From Anaerolineae bacterium (GTDB lineage: Bacteria > Chloroflexota > Anaerolineae > UBA1429): a stretch of DNA of 64,000 nt. This document shows positions 1-9,352 of the stretch, piece by piece. The notes beneath the pieces are model-generated. The model was given only the letters and a program-made list of their open reading frames with translations, ran no database searches and was not told the DNA's origin. A program made the translations under genes and the position numbers. Within the stretch, counting starts at the first letter, position 1; every line of letters starts with the position of its first letter. The stretch covers positions 1,600,001 to 1,664,000 of the forward strand of contig OY776562.1 in the NCBI GenBank assembly GCA_963675785.1. Direction: 5' to 3'.

Positions 1-750
1 CACCACGCGCAAATCGCCACCATCCACACCAACCGTCATCATGCGGGTAGCAAAGGTGGCGCCGGGCACATTCCAGCGATGCAGGAATTCAAAGCGCTGG
101 CCCGAGGGCGAATAGAGCAAGTGATTGAACCACTGCTTGCGCGTGGAGAGGTCCTCATGAGGATAGGGCGCCGCGGCCGCCGCAGCCAACGAAACTACCA
201 GCTCACTCTCGCCGGTCTCCAAATCGCCGCGCCAAATGCCCGTCCCGTCGGGATACAGTACCCTGGCGTTGGGATCGGGGATGCCAGCATAGCCGTAACC
301 GGGTCGGGTATCATTGATGCGGCGAAAGTCGGGATAGACGGCATAGCAGCCATCGGGAGAGAGGCTGTAGATGGGAAAGGGCACGGTGCGGCGCTCGCCA
401 GTGACGATATCCACGATGTGAGAGACGAAACGCGCCCCCCAGGGACCATCGTCCTGGCGGTCGTTCCAGATGACCTGGGTGGGATGGCCGGGACGCCACT
501 GTAACATACAGCCCTGCTGCCAGCACCAGGCGCGTGAGCTGCCCAGCTCGATCCAGCGATCGCCGTCCTGCAGATCGATCATACCCACTTGAATAACGTC
601 ATCGGCGCGAGGCGAGCGCCCCTCGAAATCCACTTGATTAGAGAGAGCATAACGCCCATCGTCCGAAACCTGCTGTTTATCGTAATAGCCAAACCAGTGG
701 TACAGCGGACCGTTGGTGATGCGGCGCACGGGCACAAAAGAGGTGGTCAT
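1..750 (-). CDS. Conserved hypothetical beta-propeller (TolB/oligogalacturonate-lyase-like) protein; runs off the left edge
   Basis: Absent from the ORF track because there is no stop in the window. Manual translation from ATG at 750 (AGGAG upstream): MTTSFVPVRRITNGPLYHWFGYYDK...AWCWQQGCMLQWRPG...YSLSPDG...PGYGYAG...WFNHLLYSPSGQRFEFLHRW, open to position 1. Confidence 0.75.
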   Translation of the reverse strand, partial: MTTSFVPVRRITNGPLYHWFGYYDKQQVSDDGRYALSNQVDFEGRSPRADDVIQVGMIDLQDGDRWIELGSSRAWCWQQGCMLQWRPGHPTQVIWNDRQDDGPWGARFVSHIVDIVTGERRTVPFPIYSLSPDGCYAVYPDFRRINDTRPGYGYAGIPDPNARVLYPDGTGIWRGDLETGESELVVSLAAAAAAPYPHEDLSTRKQWFNHLLYSPSGQRFEFLHRWNVPGATFATRMMTVGVDGGDLRVV

Positions 751-971
751 GGCAGCTCCTGGCTAACGTTAGCGTGGCGTAAGTTTACGCCTTGCCCGCA
801 ACAAGGGCAAGCGCTGGTTTGCTTGATACTGCTCACAACGCATGGTAAACTACTCTCGTCCTCATCCCATACATCGTCTGATGTTATCTGTTAGCCTCTA
901 ATGTTTTCATGCCGGAACGCGCGCTTTTACCACACCACAGGCAAAGAATCACATCGAGGAGGAAAGCAACG

Positions 972-1277
972 ATGATGAGCAGTGAGGCGATGACCGCCCC
1001 GCAGTACGAGCTGGCCGGTAAAGAAGCACGCCTATACAACAAGGTGCTCAAACGCATCGATGACGGCATTCGACCCCTGACGCAGCGCCAAATGTTGATG
1101 TCGGGGCAACTGGTCAAGGTTGAGGTTCCCGAACTCGCCAAGATGAAGGACGACGAGCTGGCGCACGTGGTAGAACACACAACCTGGCGCCTGTTTCAGT
1201 TGAACCGGGAGCTGGTGGTGCTTCCACCCGATCCCAAAGAACCCAAAAAGCGGTATGTTACCGTCCGCAAGATCTGA
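972..1277 (+). CDS. Hypothetical protein
   Basis: In frame with ORF 909..1277; AGGAGG lies upstream of ATG 972; followed by a terminator. Confidence 0.7.
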   Translation: MMSSEAMTAPQYELAGKEARLYNKVLKRIDDGIRPLTQRQMLMSGQLVKVEVPELAKMKDDELAHVVEHTTWRLFQLNRELVVLPPDPKEPKKRYVTVRKI

Positions 1278-1284
1278 AATCATG

Positions 1285-1320
1285 GAGGCCCTCTCTACGG
1301 AGAGGGTCTCTTGTTTTTTT
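1285..1320 (+). terminator. Rho-independent terminator
   Basis: GAGGCCCTCTC-TACG-GAGAGGGTCTC followed by TTGTTTTTTT. Confidence 0.85.
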
Positions 1321-1382
1321 GCGTTGTGTTCGCCTTGCGGCTGTGCTATCCTGTGGTTATGTCAAAAAGGGAGAGCAACGCC

Positions 1383-1745
1383 ATGAAGCCAACAACCATT
1401 GAGGCGTACATCGCTCAGTACGAGGGGCAACCGGCCGCCGCCTGGCTGCGGCGCTTTGCTGATTACATGCAGCACACCTACCCCTACATCCCCGGCGTGA
1501 TCGCTTACCAGGTGCCCCTCTACCGTTTTGGCGGCATCGAAGTGGGCTTTTGGGCCGCCAAGAAGCATTTCAGCTTTCACACCACGGCTTTCGACCTGCT
1601 GGAAGAGCTGAAAGCGCAGCTGCCGCCCAGCGCTACCTACAGCAAGAGCTGCGCCCGCGTGAGCTATGACGACGAGGCGACGATTCCCGTGCTGTTGGCC
1701 ATGATCGACCGTATTGTGGCGGCGTATGGAGGAGGGGAAGCGTGA
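1383..1745 (+). CDS. DUF1801/YdhG-like protein
   Basis: TTIEAYIAQ...IAYQVPLY...VGFWAAKKHFSFH pattern; GGGAG before ATG 1383. Confidence 0.75.
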   Translation: MKPTTIEAYIAQYEGQPAAAWLRRFADYMQHTYPYIPGVIAYQVPLYRFGGIEVGFWAAKKHFSFHTTAFDLLEELKAQLPPSATYSKSCARVSYDDEATIPVLLAMIDRIVAAYGGGEA

Positions 1746-2126
1746 AGCTGAAAGAGCTGGAACGAGCTTGCCAGAGATTCTCCGAGATCGAGCCGCTGCC
1801 GGGGCCCTATGAAAAGCTGATGGCCGCGACGGACGGTTGCGTCGATTTGGAGCGCAAGGAACACCGTGAGGCCTTGTTGACTTGGCTGCGTCACTGGGGC
1901 TGATTTCCTAGGGAACCCCATACGCAAAGAACTGGGCCTGGGCAAGGAAGACTATTTTCGGCTGCAAGAGATCGCCCGCAAAGAGCTGCTGGAGTTAGAG
2001 TTGGACTGCGCCATCCAGGGAGTGAGATTGGACGAGCTTTCAGCCCGCTTTAACCGGCCTTGCTCGACGCCAGTAAAGATGGTGGACGAGTACTTTTGGG
2101 TCAGATACACGCGGGGGGTGGAGTGA
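1742..2126 (+). pseudogene. Disrupted hypothetical gene (premature stop plus frame change)
   Basis: GTG 1742 (GGAGG RBS, overlapping the upstream stop) reads VKLKELERACQRF...LLTWLRHWG* (TGA 1901). A +1 frame continues PIRKELGLGKEDY...KMVDEYFWVRYTRGVE* (TGA 2124-2126). Confidence 0.5.
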
Positions 2127-2195
2127 TAGTATCGTGGCATTAGTGAATTTTTAGAATACCATAAAATGGTATGGGAAAGATGAGTCTCTCAAGAA

Positions 2196-3164
2196 TCATA
2201 AGAATTCATCCTTGCGCCAAAATACCTCTTCTTTGAAAGCTTCGATGTCCTGGGGAGTATGAAATCTGTGAATCATACTATGACAGTTGGAACATAGGAC
2301 CGCGAAATCTTTATCTGGATCCAAAGATACTCTTTTCCCGGCAATTTCAGACAATGGTACAAGATGGTGAGCTTCGATGAATTGAACTCCGATTTCTCCA
2401 TAGAGATGAGAGAAATCAAAACCACATATCTCACAAATATAACCATGTATTCGTTTGACTTCTCTAACCAACCTCTGATTTCGCTCAATACGTTTGTGTA
2501 ATACAAACTTGGTTAGGTCCTCAACCTGTTGAGTGGCTATCTCCGATTCTTCCTCTTCTTGTACCTTGGTTGGCAACGCTTCTTTGTAGGCTAGGAGCTG
2601 ATACATTTGTAACATCAGTTCAAAATCAGCAAGCAGAACCTCATCAGAGGGCAAGGCACTCGTTGGATAGTATTTAGCAATGATGTTCCCTGCTTCATAG
2701 AGGTTTCCAAGCCCGTTTCCCGAACTTGTAGCCAGATAAATATGTTCAGAACCGAAATCTTGGGTATCTTCCAGTTGGAGATAATAATCTTTTGCTTTTA
2801 GCTGTAACACTTCTCGAGTTCCGGCTCTATAATTCCTTTGGATTCGTGTGACTCCCTGATTCAGGCTTAGATACACTCCTTGCATATCTTCACGAAACAG
2901 ATAGCAAGGGTAAAAACCATCTTGAGGAGTGTCAGTCACGAGAATATCGAGTACAGCCACCCAGGGGCATCGAGCCCAATTCCCCTGCCCAGCAGATCCC
3001 TTGACCACATAGCGGGGACCCAATGACGCCTCAATTGAAATATCGTCAGGCAACTTATGTCGAATCAGATCAGCCAATTCATGCCCTTTGAATTGTTCTC
3101 CCTGAGCTTGCATATAGCTGCGGAGAATCATTTTCAAATAATCAGAGAGCATGTCAGCCTCCAT
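2196..3164 (-). CDS. DUF3578 (McrB-N-like) domain plus HNH endonuclease; putative modification-dependent type IV restriction enzyme
   Basis: N-terminal KGSAGQGNWARCPWVAVLD...YLFREDMQGVYLSLNQG; C-terminal CEICGFDF...IEAHHLVPLS...VLCSNCHSMIH; visibly AT-rich. Confidence 0.85.
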   Translation of the reverse strand: MEADMLSDYLKMILRSYMQAQGEQFKGHELADLIRHKLPDDISIEASLGPRYVVKGSAGQGNWARCPWVAVLDILVTDTPQDGFYPCYLFREDMQGVYLSLNQGVTRIQRNYRAGTREVLQLKAKDYYLQLEDTQDFGSEHIYLATSSGNGLGNLYEAGNIIAKYYPTSALPSDEVLLADFELMLQMYQLLAYKEALPTKVQEEEESEIATQQVEDLTKFVLHKRIERNQRLVREVKRIHGYICEICGFDFSHLYGEIGVQFIEAHHLVPLSEIAGKRVSLDPDKDFAVLCSNCHSMIHRFHTPQDIEAFKEEVFWRKDEFL

Positions 3165-3391
3165 TCACTAGATGTTTCGTAGGTTAAGCTACGAAACAGA
3201 CTCAATCCATATAGCTATCTAATGTACGTTTAGTCTACTCATGTTGACAGCATAAGTCACTAGCCCATAGCAGAAAGAGCCAAGATTAGTGCAATTTACA
3301 CCAAGAACCGTCCTCTTCTCCCCCCTTTTTGGACGCCTCCGCCTCTACAGGTAAAATACCACTCCTTGCCTGCAAACGGAGAGATGTATTC

Positions 3392-4000
3392 ATGGACTGG
3401 CGACTCTTTCTATCCACCTTTGGCCTGGTACTGGTAGCCGAACTGGGCGACAAAACGCAGCTAGCCGTTATCAGCCAAACCTGCCGCTACCGCAGCCCCT
3501 GGGCGGTGTTCTTGGGCGGCTCACTGGCCCTAGCCATTGTCACGGGGTTGGGCGTACTGGGTGGCAGCCTCATCAACGCCCTGGTGCCCCAACGGGTCAT
3601 CACCATCGCCGCGGCGGTGCTGTTTGCGGTTATGGGCCTGTTGATGTGGCGTGAGGCCAGCAAGAACGACTGCGATGAGGCCGAACTCGACTGCGCCGAA
3701 CTGGCCGCCGATGCGCCGCGCAGCCGCTGGAGTTGGCCGGGGTTCAATTCCACGTTTGGCCTGCTGTTCGTGGCCGAATTGGGGGATAAAACGCAACTGG
3801 CGGTGCTGGGCCTGGCGGGCAACGGCGCCAACCCCTGGATCACCTTTATCGGCGGGTCGCTGGCACTGGCCACCTCTACCGCCCTAGCCGCACTTTGCGG
3901 TCATCACCTGCGGCGCCTCTGCCCCGAACGCACCATCTTGCGGGTTTCGGCGGTGCTCTTTGTGGTGATGGGCGTGCTGATGGGATTCGGCGTCATCTAG
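3392..4000 (+). CDS. TMEM165/GDT1 (UPF0016) family Ca2+/Mn2+ transporter
   Basis: Two AELGDKTQLA signature motifs, hydrophobic helices and an acidic central loop. Confidence 0.92.
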   Translation: MDWRLFLSTFGLVLVAELGDKTQLAVISQTCRYRSPWAVFLGGSLALAIVTGLGVLGGSLINALVPQRVITIAAAVLFAVMGLLMWREASKNDCDEAELDCAELAADAPRSRWSWPGFNSTFGLLFVAELGDKTQLAVLGLAGNGANPWITFIGGSLALATSTALAALCGHHLRRLCPERTILRVSAVLFVVMGVLMGFGVI

Positions 4001-4022
4001 CAGGCCCTACTGTACAGTCAAC

Positions 4023-4053
4023 AAAAAAGCGCCCCCTCAGTGAGGGGGCGCTT
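4023..4053. terminator. Terminator between convergent genes
   Basis: AAAAAAGCGCCCCCTC-AGT-GAGGGGGCGCTT. Confidence 0.8.
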
Positions 4054-4069
4054 ACACTATCAGTCAATC

Positions 4070-4588
4070 TTAATTCTTGCCATGACCATAGGCGTTGCCA
4101 TCGGGCACGCCGTCACCATCGCATACGCCGTCACTATCACAAATAGCATCGCCGTCACCGGTAACGTGCTCAGGATCCTGCCCGTAGGCATTGCCCAAGC
4201 CGGGAACCTCGGCCTCGCCGCTCTGAATCTGCTGACCCAGCGGCAAGAGAGTTTCATCGTCCTGCTTGGCCTGGCCGTAGGGCACGCCATCGATATGGCC
4301 GTAGGCATTACCCGTGCCAGGTTCGCCATCGGCGTTGCCCAGCATTAGCTGCTCGCCATCGCAATCTTCACAGGTGCCATCTCGCAATTGATCGCGCAGC
4401 TTGATCATATCGCGCACGCGATCCTGAACCTTGAGAGCGTTGGTGAGAGCAGAGGTCTCCTCGCCAGCATAAGCCTGAACCATCGCTTGCACGGCAACGG
4501 GTACCTCAACCTGACTGGCTGCCTGCGGTCCCGCAGAGGTTGCGGTGGCCGTCAACAGCGCCAGGGCCAACATCATGGCTTTGAACAT
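4070..4588 (-). CDS. Secreted acidic low-complexity protein with GNAYG repeats
   Basis: Signal peptide MFKAMMLALALLTATATSA; AGGAG RBS; GNAYG three times; DCDG and DGDG motifs. Confidence 0.7.
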   Translation of the reverse strand: MFKAMMLALALLTATATSAGPQAASQVEVPVAVQAMVQAYAGEETSALTNALKVQDRVRDMIKLRDQLRDGTCEDCDGEQLMLGNADGEPGTGNAYGHIDGVPYGQAKQDDETLLPLGQQIQSGEAEVPGLGNAYGQDPEHVTGDGDAICDSDGVCDGDGVPDGNAYGHGKN

Positions 4589-4685
4589 GTATTTCTCTCC
4601 TTGCGGATCCCATCAATTGGGCAGTCCACATAACTAGTCTACCATAACGTTGTGGCCATTGGCAATGTTGGGCATAAAAATGGGG

Positions 4686-4952
4686 TCACAAACCACGGGA
4701 ACGGCGTAAATTTTCGATCCGCTGGCCGTTATCGCCCTGTTCAGCGTCATAACTAAAGGCCGTCAACGTATCGCAAGGCATCACCGGGCATTCTACGCAG
4801 GTGCCATAGCCCTTGCCAAGAGCGCAAAGGGCCACCCTACACTCACCCCAAAAGGGGCGGCCATCCGCCAGAGCGCGACACCCGGGGCAATGGGTGCTCT
4901 CGCGGTATTCGCAGGCATCGCAATCCAATCCACAGCGGGCCATATCCATCAT
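4686..4952 (-). CDS. DUF3795 Cys-rich protein
   Basis: CGLDCDAC...CPGC...C...C...KG..TCVEC...PC; GAGGAGG before ATG 4952. Confidence 0.8.
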   Translation of the reverse strand: MMDMARCGLDCDACEYRESTHCPGCRALADGRPFWGECRVALCALGKGYGTCVECPVMPCDTLTAFSYDAEQGDNGQRIENLRRSRGL

Positions 4953-5082
4953 ACGCCTCCTCAACGTTCTTGCTCCCCATTTTACACAGCAGAACTTTTG
5001 GCGCAAACACGTTGCAGCCGCACGCTGCTGATGGTAGTATGCAAAGGCTCAAAAAGAAGGCAACTGAGGAGAAGCGGATAAC

Positions 5083-6330
5083 ATGGCATTTTGGGGACAA
5101 GAGGCCAGCCAGGCTCAGGGTATTGAGGGTTGGCGAGAATCAGCACGGATGGCGGCGGATTGGCTCGTCGACCGGGCCCAGATCCGTACCGGCAGTCACG
5201 GCTTGACCGAAAGTAACTTTGAACATCTCGATCGTTATGACAACTTACAGGGCGCCTTTCGCGGCGAATACGTTGCGGGCACCGGCAAGTGGGATGTGTT
5301 CTGCCCTGTGTGGCATGGGGGCCAGGCCGTCAAGGCTCTGGCGCTGGCCTATATCGCCCTGGGCGATGAGCGTTACCTGCAGGCCGCCCGTGATGGTGCC
5401 GAGTTCATTCTGCGCGCCCAAATCACGGACGAATCGCATCCCGATTTCGGCCTCATTCGCGCCTATGAGGATTCCAACATCAACACCTCGGCCATTCTGG
5501 AATGCCTGGATGGCCTGTTCAGCCTGACCGAGATCACTGGCGAGACGCGCTATCTCAATGCGGCCGTTCATGCTCTGCAATGGGTGCAAAAGCGCATGTT
5601 CATCCCCATCGAGGGGCTCTTTCGCGATGATTATTCCGAAGAGCGGGGCATTCTGGATCGGGCCAGCTTTATGTCAGCAGAGGTATTCCCCCAGCCGGGG
5701 CGCCCCCTGCTCGACGATGGCGTCTTCCTCAAGGGGTATGAGGCCACTGGCGACGAACACTTGCGCCAAGTGGCCCTGGCTACAGCGCGGCGCCTGCTGC
5801 GTGACGAGCAGCCCGAGGGCAACTGGATCAACTATCCGCCGGCTAACCCGGTGACTGGCTCTATCCATCCGCGCCAGGCCTTTTGGTGGGGTCGGCCCAT
5901 GTGGATGGTGTACGAGGACACCGGCGAGATGCGCTTTCTCGATTGCTGCCGACGTTCGGCGCAGTGGTATGTGCAGGCTATGCGCAGTGACGGCGGGATG
6001 TTTCGCGATACCTATCGCGATTGGCGCACGCCCAGCTTTGGCCAGGCCACCAGCGGCATCGCCTGTGCAGCCATCCTCTGGCACGATCTCATCAGTCGCT
6101 ATGGCGATGAGCAGTGGATCGAACCCCTGCAAAGGGCTCTGGGCTTTTGCCGTTCGATGCAGTTTACCAATGTGACCGACGACAACTTGAGCGGCGCCAT
6201 CCTGGAAAAGGTGCTGCCGCCCAACGGTTCGGACAGTTCGCCTTATTACTTGCGTGATGTAGGCACCACATTCTACCTGCAGGCCCTCTGCATGGTCCTG
6301 CGCGATTCGCCCGATTTATTGAAAGGATAG
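5083..6330 (+). CDS. Six-hairpin (alpha/alpha toroid) glycosidase/epimerase-like protein
   Basis: Repeated 'LGDERYLQAA / TGETRYLNAA / TGEMRFLDCC' helical-hairpin motifs; no signal peptide. The exact family is uncertain. Confidence 0.65.
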   Translation: MAFWGQEASQAQGIEGWRESARMAADWLVDRAQIRTGSHGLTESNFEHLDRYDNLQGAFRGEYVAGTGKWDVFCPVWHGGQAVKALALAYIALGDERYLQAARDGAEFILRAQITDESHPDFGLIRAYEDSNINTSAILECLDGLFSLTEITGETRYLNAAVHALQWVQKRMFIPIEGLFRDDYSEERGILDRASFMSAEVFPQPGRPLLDDGVFLKGYEATGDEHLRQVALATARRLLRDEQPEGNWINYPPANPVTGSIHPRQAFWWGRPMWMVYEDTGEMRFLDCCRRSAQWYVQAMRSDGGMFRDTYRDWRTPSFGQATSGIACAAILWHDLISRYGDEQWIEPLQRALGFCRSMQFTNVTDDNLSGAILEKVLPPNGSDSSPYYLRDVGTTFYLQALCMVLRDSPDLLKG

Positions 6331-6337
6331 GCACATC

Positions 6338-7204
6338 ATGATTCGCAAAAACGACATCAACCTGTGGTCCGATGACTCGACCAAGAACCCCACGGCAGAA
6401 GAAATAGCGCAGGACAAGATACTGCGCGCCAGCGGCGAGCGCGACGAGCGCGGCGTGATGGAGCGCCCCCGCTTGCAGGTGTACATGCCAGAGCAGCCGG
6501 CCGCCGATCCCTGCCCGGCCTTTATCGTCTGCCCAGGCGGTGGGTATACCTTCTTAGCCGACCACGAGTCCGAACCCGTAGCCGAATGGTTCACCAAGCG
6601 CGGATTTGCCGCCCTGGTGCTGCGCTACCACATCGCCCCGGTGGGCTACCCCGCCCCCTTTGCAGATGCGGCCCGTGCCATGCGGCTGGCCCGCGCCAAT
6701 GCCGACGCGCTGGGCATCGATCCCGAACGTCTGGGCATGATCGGCTTTTCCGCCGGCGCGCACCTCACGGCCATGACTGGCTTTAAGCCTGACCTGATTC
6801 AGGATGAAGAGGATGACCTGGCTGAGGATTTCAGCGCCCGCCCCGATCGCATCGTGCTGGCCTATGCGCCCATCAAATCAGTGCACGGCCGCGAGCGTAG
6901 CGCCCACCATTTCGCTGGTGCCAGCAGTCCTGCCGAGATCGAAGCAGCGATGGATGTCATCAGCGGCATCGACAGCAGTGCCCCACCAACGTTCATCTAT
7001 CACACCCAACCCGATGAAAAAGTGCCCGTGGCCAATGCCATGGAGCTAGCCTCGGCTTGCGCCGCCAACGGCGTGCCCTTTGCACTTCACGTTTACCCCA
7101 ACTGCAATCATGGCACCGTCATGGGCCAGCGCTTCCCGGAGGTGGCCAGTTGGGCCGGCCTGCTGGAAGATTGGCTCTCGGATTGGGGTATGGTCAAAGC
7201 CTAG
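6338..7204 (+). CDS. Alpha/beta hydrolase (acetyl/feruloyl esterase-like)
   Basis: CPGGGY oxyanion motif, GFSAG nucleophile, PPTFIYHT..D..VP and HG. Confidence 0.88.
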   Translation: MIRKNDINLWSDDSTKNPTAEEIAQDKILRASGERDERGVMERPRLQVYMPEQPAADPCPAFIVCPGGGYTFLADHESEPVAEWFTKRGFAALVLRYHIAPVGYPAPFADAARAMRLARANADALGIDPERLGMIGFSAGAHLTAMTGFKPDLIQDEEDDLAEDFSARPDRIVLAYAPIKSVHGRERSAHHFAGASSPAEIEAAMDVISGIDSSAPPTFIYHTQPDEKVPVANAMELASACAANGVPFALHVYPNCNHGTVMGQRFPEVASWAGLLEDWLSDWGMVKA

Positions 7205-7219
7205 CAACAGGAGCAAAAC

Positions 7220-8011
7220 ATGAGCGAACCACGCATCATCAACCTTTGGCCAGAGGGGCATCCCTTTAATCAGGAGACACTGGGGGTATTGCCGCGTCTG
7301 GAAGTCTATACACCGGAAACACCAGCCAAGGGTCCTTTTGCGGTGATCATCATCTGCCCGGGTGGGGCCTATAGACATCGCGCCTACCACGAGGGCGAGC
7401 CGGTAGCTCAGCTACTGGCAGATCACGGCATTGTGGGCGCCGTGCTGCAGTATCGTGTTGCACCTCATGATTTTCCTGCGCCGCAGATCGATGCTTGCCG
7501 GGCTGTGCGGCTGGTGCGTTCTATGGCCAGCGAGCTGAATATCGATCCCGATCGCGTTGGCATGATGGGCTTTTCTGCCGGCGGGCATCTGACCGCCATG
7601 ACGGGCGTTTTGCCCAATTTTGCCAAGTTCGATGATGATCCTTTGGCTACCTATGATGCGCGTCCCAACCGCATCATTCTGGCCTATGCTGTGCTCTCTT
7701 TTGAGCGCGCGTACTTGGCCAAAGAGGATCAGAATAACAATAGCATGCCCGATGAGGCTCGCACCATATTCAGCCCCTTGAAGCATGTCAATGCGGATAC
7801 ACCACCAACCTTTCTATTCCACACCGCCGATGATGAACGTGTGCCGGTGAGAAACAGCATCAGCTTTGCCGCAGCCTGTGCTGCCAATGGCGTGCCAGTA
7901 GAGGCCCATATCTATCCCCACGGCCTCCACGGCCTGGGTTTAGCTAAGGACGATCCCATCCTGGCCAGTTGGCCCAGCCTTTTTTGGGATTGGCTGTCAG
8001 ACTGGCGCTAA
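7220..8011 (+). CDS. Alpha/beta hydrolase (acetyl/feruloyl esterase-like)
   Basis: CPGGAY, GFSAGGHL, PPTFLFHTADDERVP and HGLG. Confidence 0.9.
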   Translation: MSEPRIINLWPEGHPFNQETLGVLPRLEVYTPETPAKGPFAVIIICPGGAYRHRAYHEGEPVAQLLADHGIVGAVLQYRVAPHDFPAPQIDACRAVRLVRSMASELNIDPDRVGMMGFSAGGHLTAMTGVLPNFAKFDDDPLATYDARPNRIILAYAVLSFERAYLAKEDQNNNSMPDEARTIFSPLKHVNADTPPTFLFHTADDERVPVRNSISFAAACAANGVPVEAHIYPHGLHGLGLAKDDPILASWPSLFWDWLSDWR

Positions 8012-8028
8012 CCGCAAAGTATCGGAAC

Positions 8029-8067
8029 AAAAAAAGACCGGGGAGAGCATTCCCCGGTCTTTGCTTT
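8029..8067. terminator. Bidirectional terminator
   Basis: A-run, AAAGACCGGGGA-GAGCAT-TCCCCGGTCTTT, T-rich tail, between convergent genes. Confidence 0.85.
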
Positions 8068-8075
8068 ACACGTAC

Positions 8076-9071
8076 TTAGCAGCTATCCCTCTCAATCAGC
8101 CGCACTGGCAACGAACTACTCACCATCGGTTCGCCTGTGCGCAGGTGCTTGATGAGCGTCTCGACAGCACGCATACCAATATCAATGGCCGGCTGTTCGA
8201 TGGTAGTTAGAGGTGGGTTCGTCATGGCAGCAAAGGGCACACCGTCAAAGCCCATTACCGCCAGATCCTGGGGCACGCGCACGCCGTGCTGCTCAGCCCA
8301 ATCCAGGGTACGAATGGCTGGCGGATCCGACCAGCAAAAAATGGCCTCGGGCCGCTCGGGCAAAGACCAAAGCTGGGTCATCGCCTCATAGGCATCCGAA
8401 TTACCCTGGCGCGTCCACACCTCATACTCGGGCGGCAGTTCAAGCCCCGCGCTAGCCATGCCCTGCTTGAACCCTTCCAGGCGGTCTATAGCGGTCCCGA
8501 CATCCCTACTACCGGTAAACACGGCAATACGCTTGTAGCCCTTGCTGGCCAGATAGCGCGCCGCCATGAATCCACCCGTCACGTTGTCGCTGGTAATGCA
8601 ACAGATATCTGGACGAGGCGGATGGGTGCCGATGAGGATAAAAGGCACGTTGCGCTCGTAAAGGTGTTCCATCATATCGACGCCAGCACGGCCTGTACCC
8701 AGAATAAACCCGGCAACTTCGCCGCTGTTCACCAAAGAGAGGTACGTCTCGGGCCGTTTGGGGTCAACGTTGGAGAGCATAACGTTATAGTTAGAGTTCT
8801 GACATGCCTTGGCAATGCCCCGCAACAGCATCAACGGAAAGAATAAATCCCCAAAACGAGCATCGACGCTGCTGGGATCGACCACCGCAATGGTGCGGCT
8901 CTTGCGCGAAGCAAGTGAGCGAGCTGCTGCATTGGGATAATACCCCTGCTCCTCGATAACGCGCATCACCCGAACGCGCGTTTCTTCACGCACATCAGGA
9001 CTATTGTTGATCACACGCGACACGGTGGAACGAGATACACCGGCCAGTTCAGCTATTCTCTCAATGGTCAT
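8076..9071 (-). CDS. LacI-family transcriptional regulator
   Basis: MTIERIAELAGVSRSTVSRVIN HTH, YYPNAAARSL, C-terminal GFDG...PPLTTIEQP...LIERDS; start placed at ATG 9071. Confidence 0.95.
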   Translation of the reverse strand: MTIERIAELAGVSRSTVSRVINNSPDVREETRVRVMRVIEEQGYYPNAAARSLASRKSRTIAVVDPSSVDARFGDLFFPLMLLRGIAKACQNSNYNVMLSNVDPKRPETYLSLVNSGEVAGFILGTGRAGVDMMEHLYERNVPFILIGTHPPRPDICCITSDNVTGGFMAARYLASKGYKRIAVFTGSRDVGTAIDRLEGFKQGMASAGLELPPEYEVWTRQGNSDAYEAMTQLWSLPERPEAIFCWSDPPAIRTLDWAEQHGVRVPQDLAVMGFDGVPFAAMTNPPLTTIEQPAIDIGMRAVETLIKHLRTGEPMVSSSLPVRLIERDSC

Positions 9072-9083
9072 CGACCCATCCTC

Positions 9084-9097
9084 TGGGAGCGTTTCCA
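9084..9097. promoter_or_regulatory. Putative LacI-family operator
   Basis: TGGGAGCGTTTCCA, a CG-centred near-palindrome 12 nt upstream of the LacI start; resembles the CelR-type TGGGAGCGCTCCCA. Confidence 0.65.
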
Positions 9098-9352
9098 ATT
9101 TGTACAAAACAGTGTAACCTTGCTGCAAAGCCACGTCAATATAAGCAATTTAGCTTAGGTTTTGGCTCATTGCTATGTTATTTGAATAGCATTAGTATGT
9201 ATTTATGCTTATTGGAAGTTGCATAGCGCTATGCTCTCCGGATAAAAGAAATGGTGGGTATAGCACACGTTTCACAGTATTTTGTTTACTCTTCCGATTC
9301 AATCCTACCATCGGGGTAGTATGGAATTGGAGAATTCAAATGGAGGTGTGCC

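Noticed and set aside
1901-1903. Selenocysteine read-through at the TGA in the disrupted gene
   Set aside because: The protein-like continuation is in a different frame, which favours a deletion or frameshift.
3180-3391. yybP-ykoY Mn2+ riboswitch upstream of the GDT1 gene
   Set aside because: I could not find the conserved GGGGAGUA/GAGAC elements by eye; an Infernal scan would settle it.
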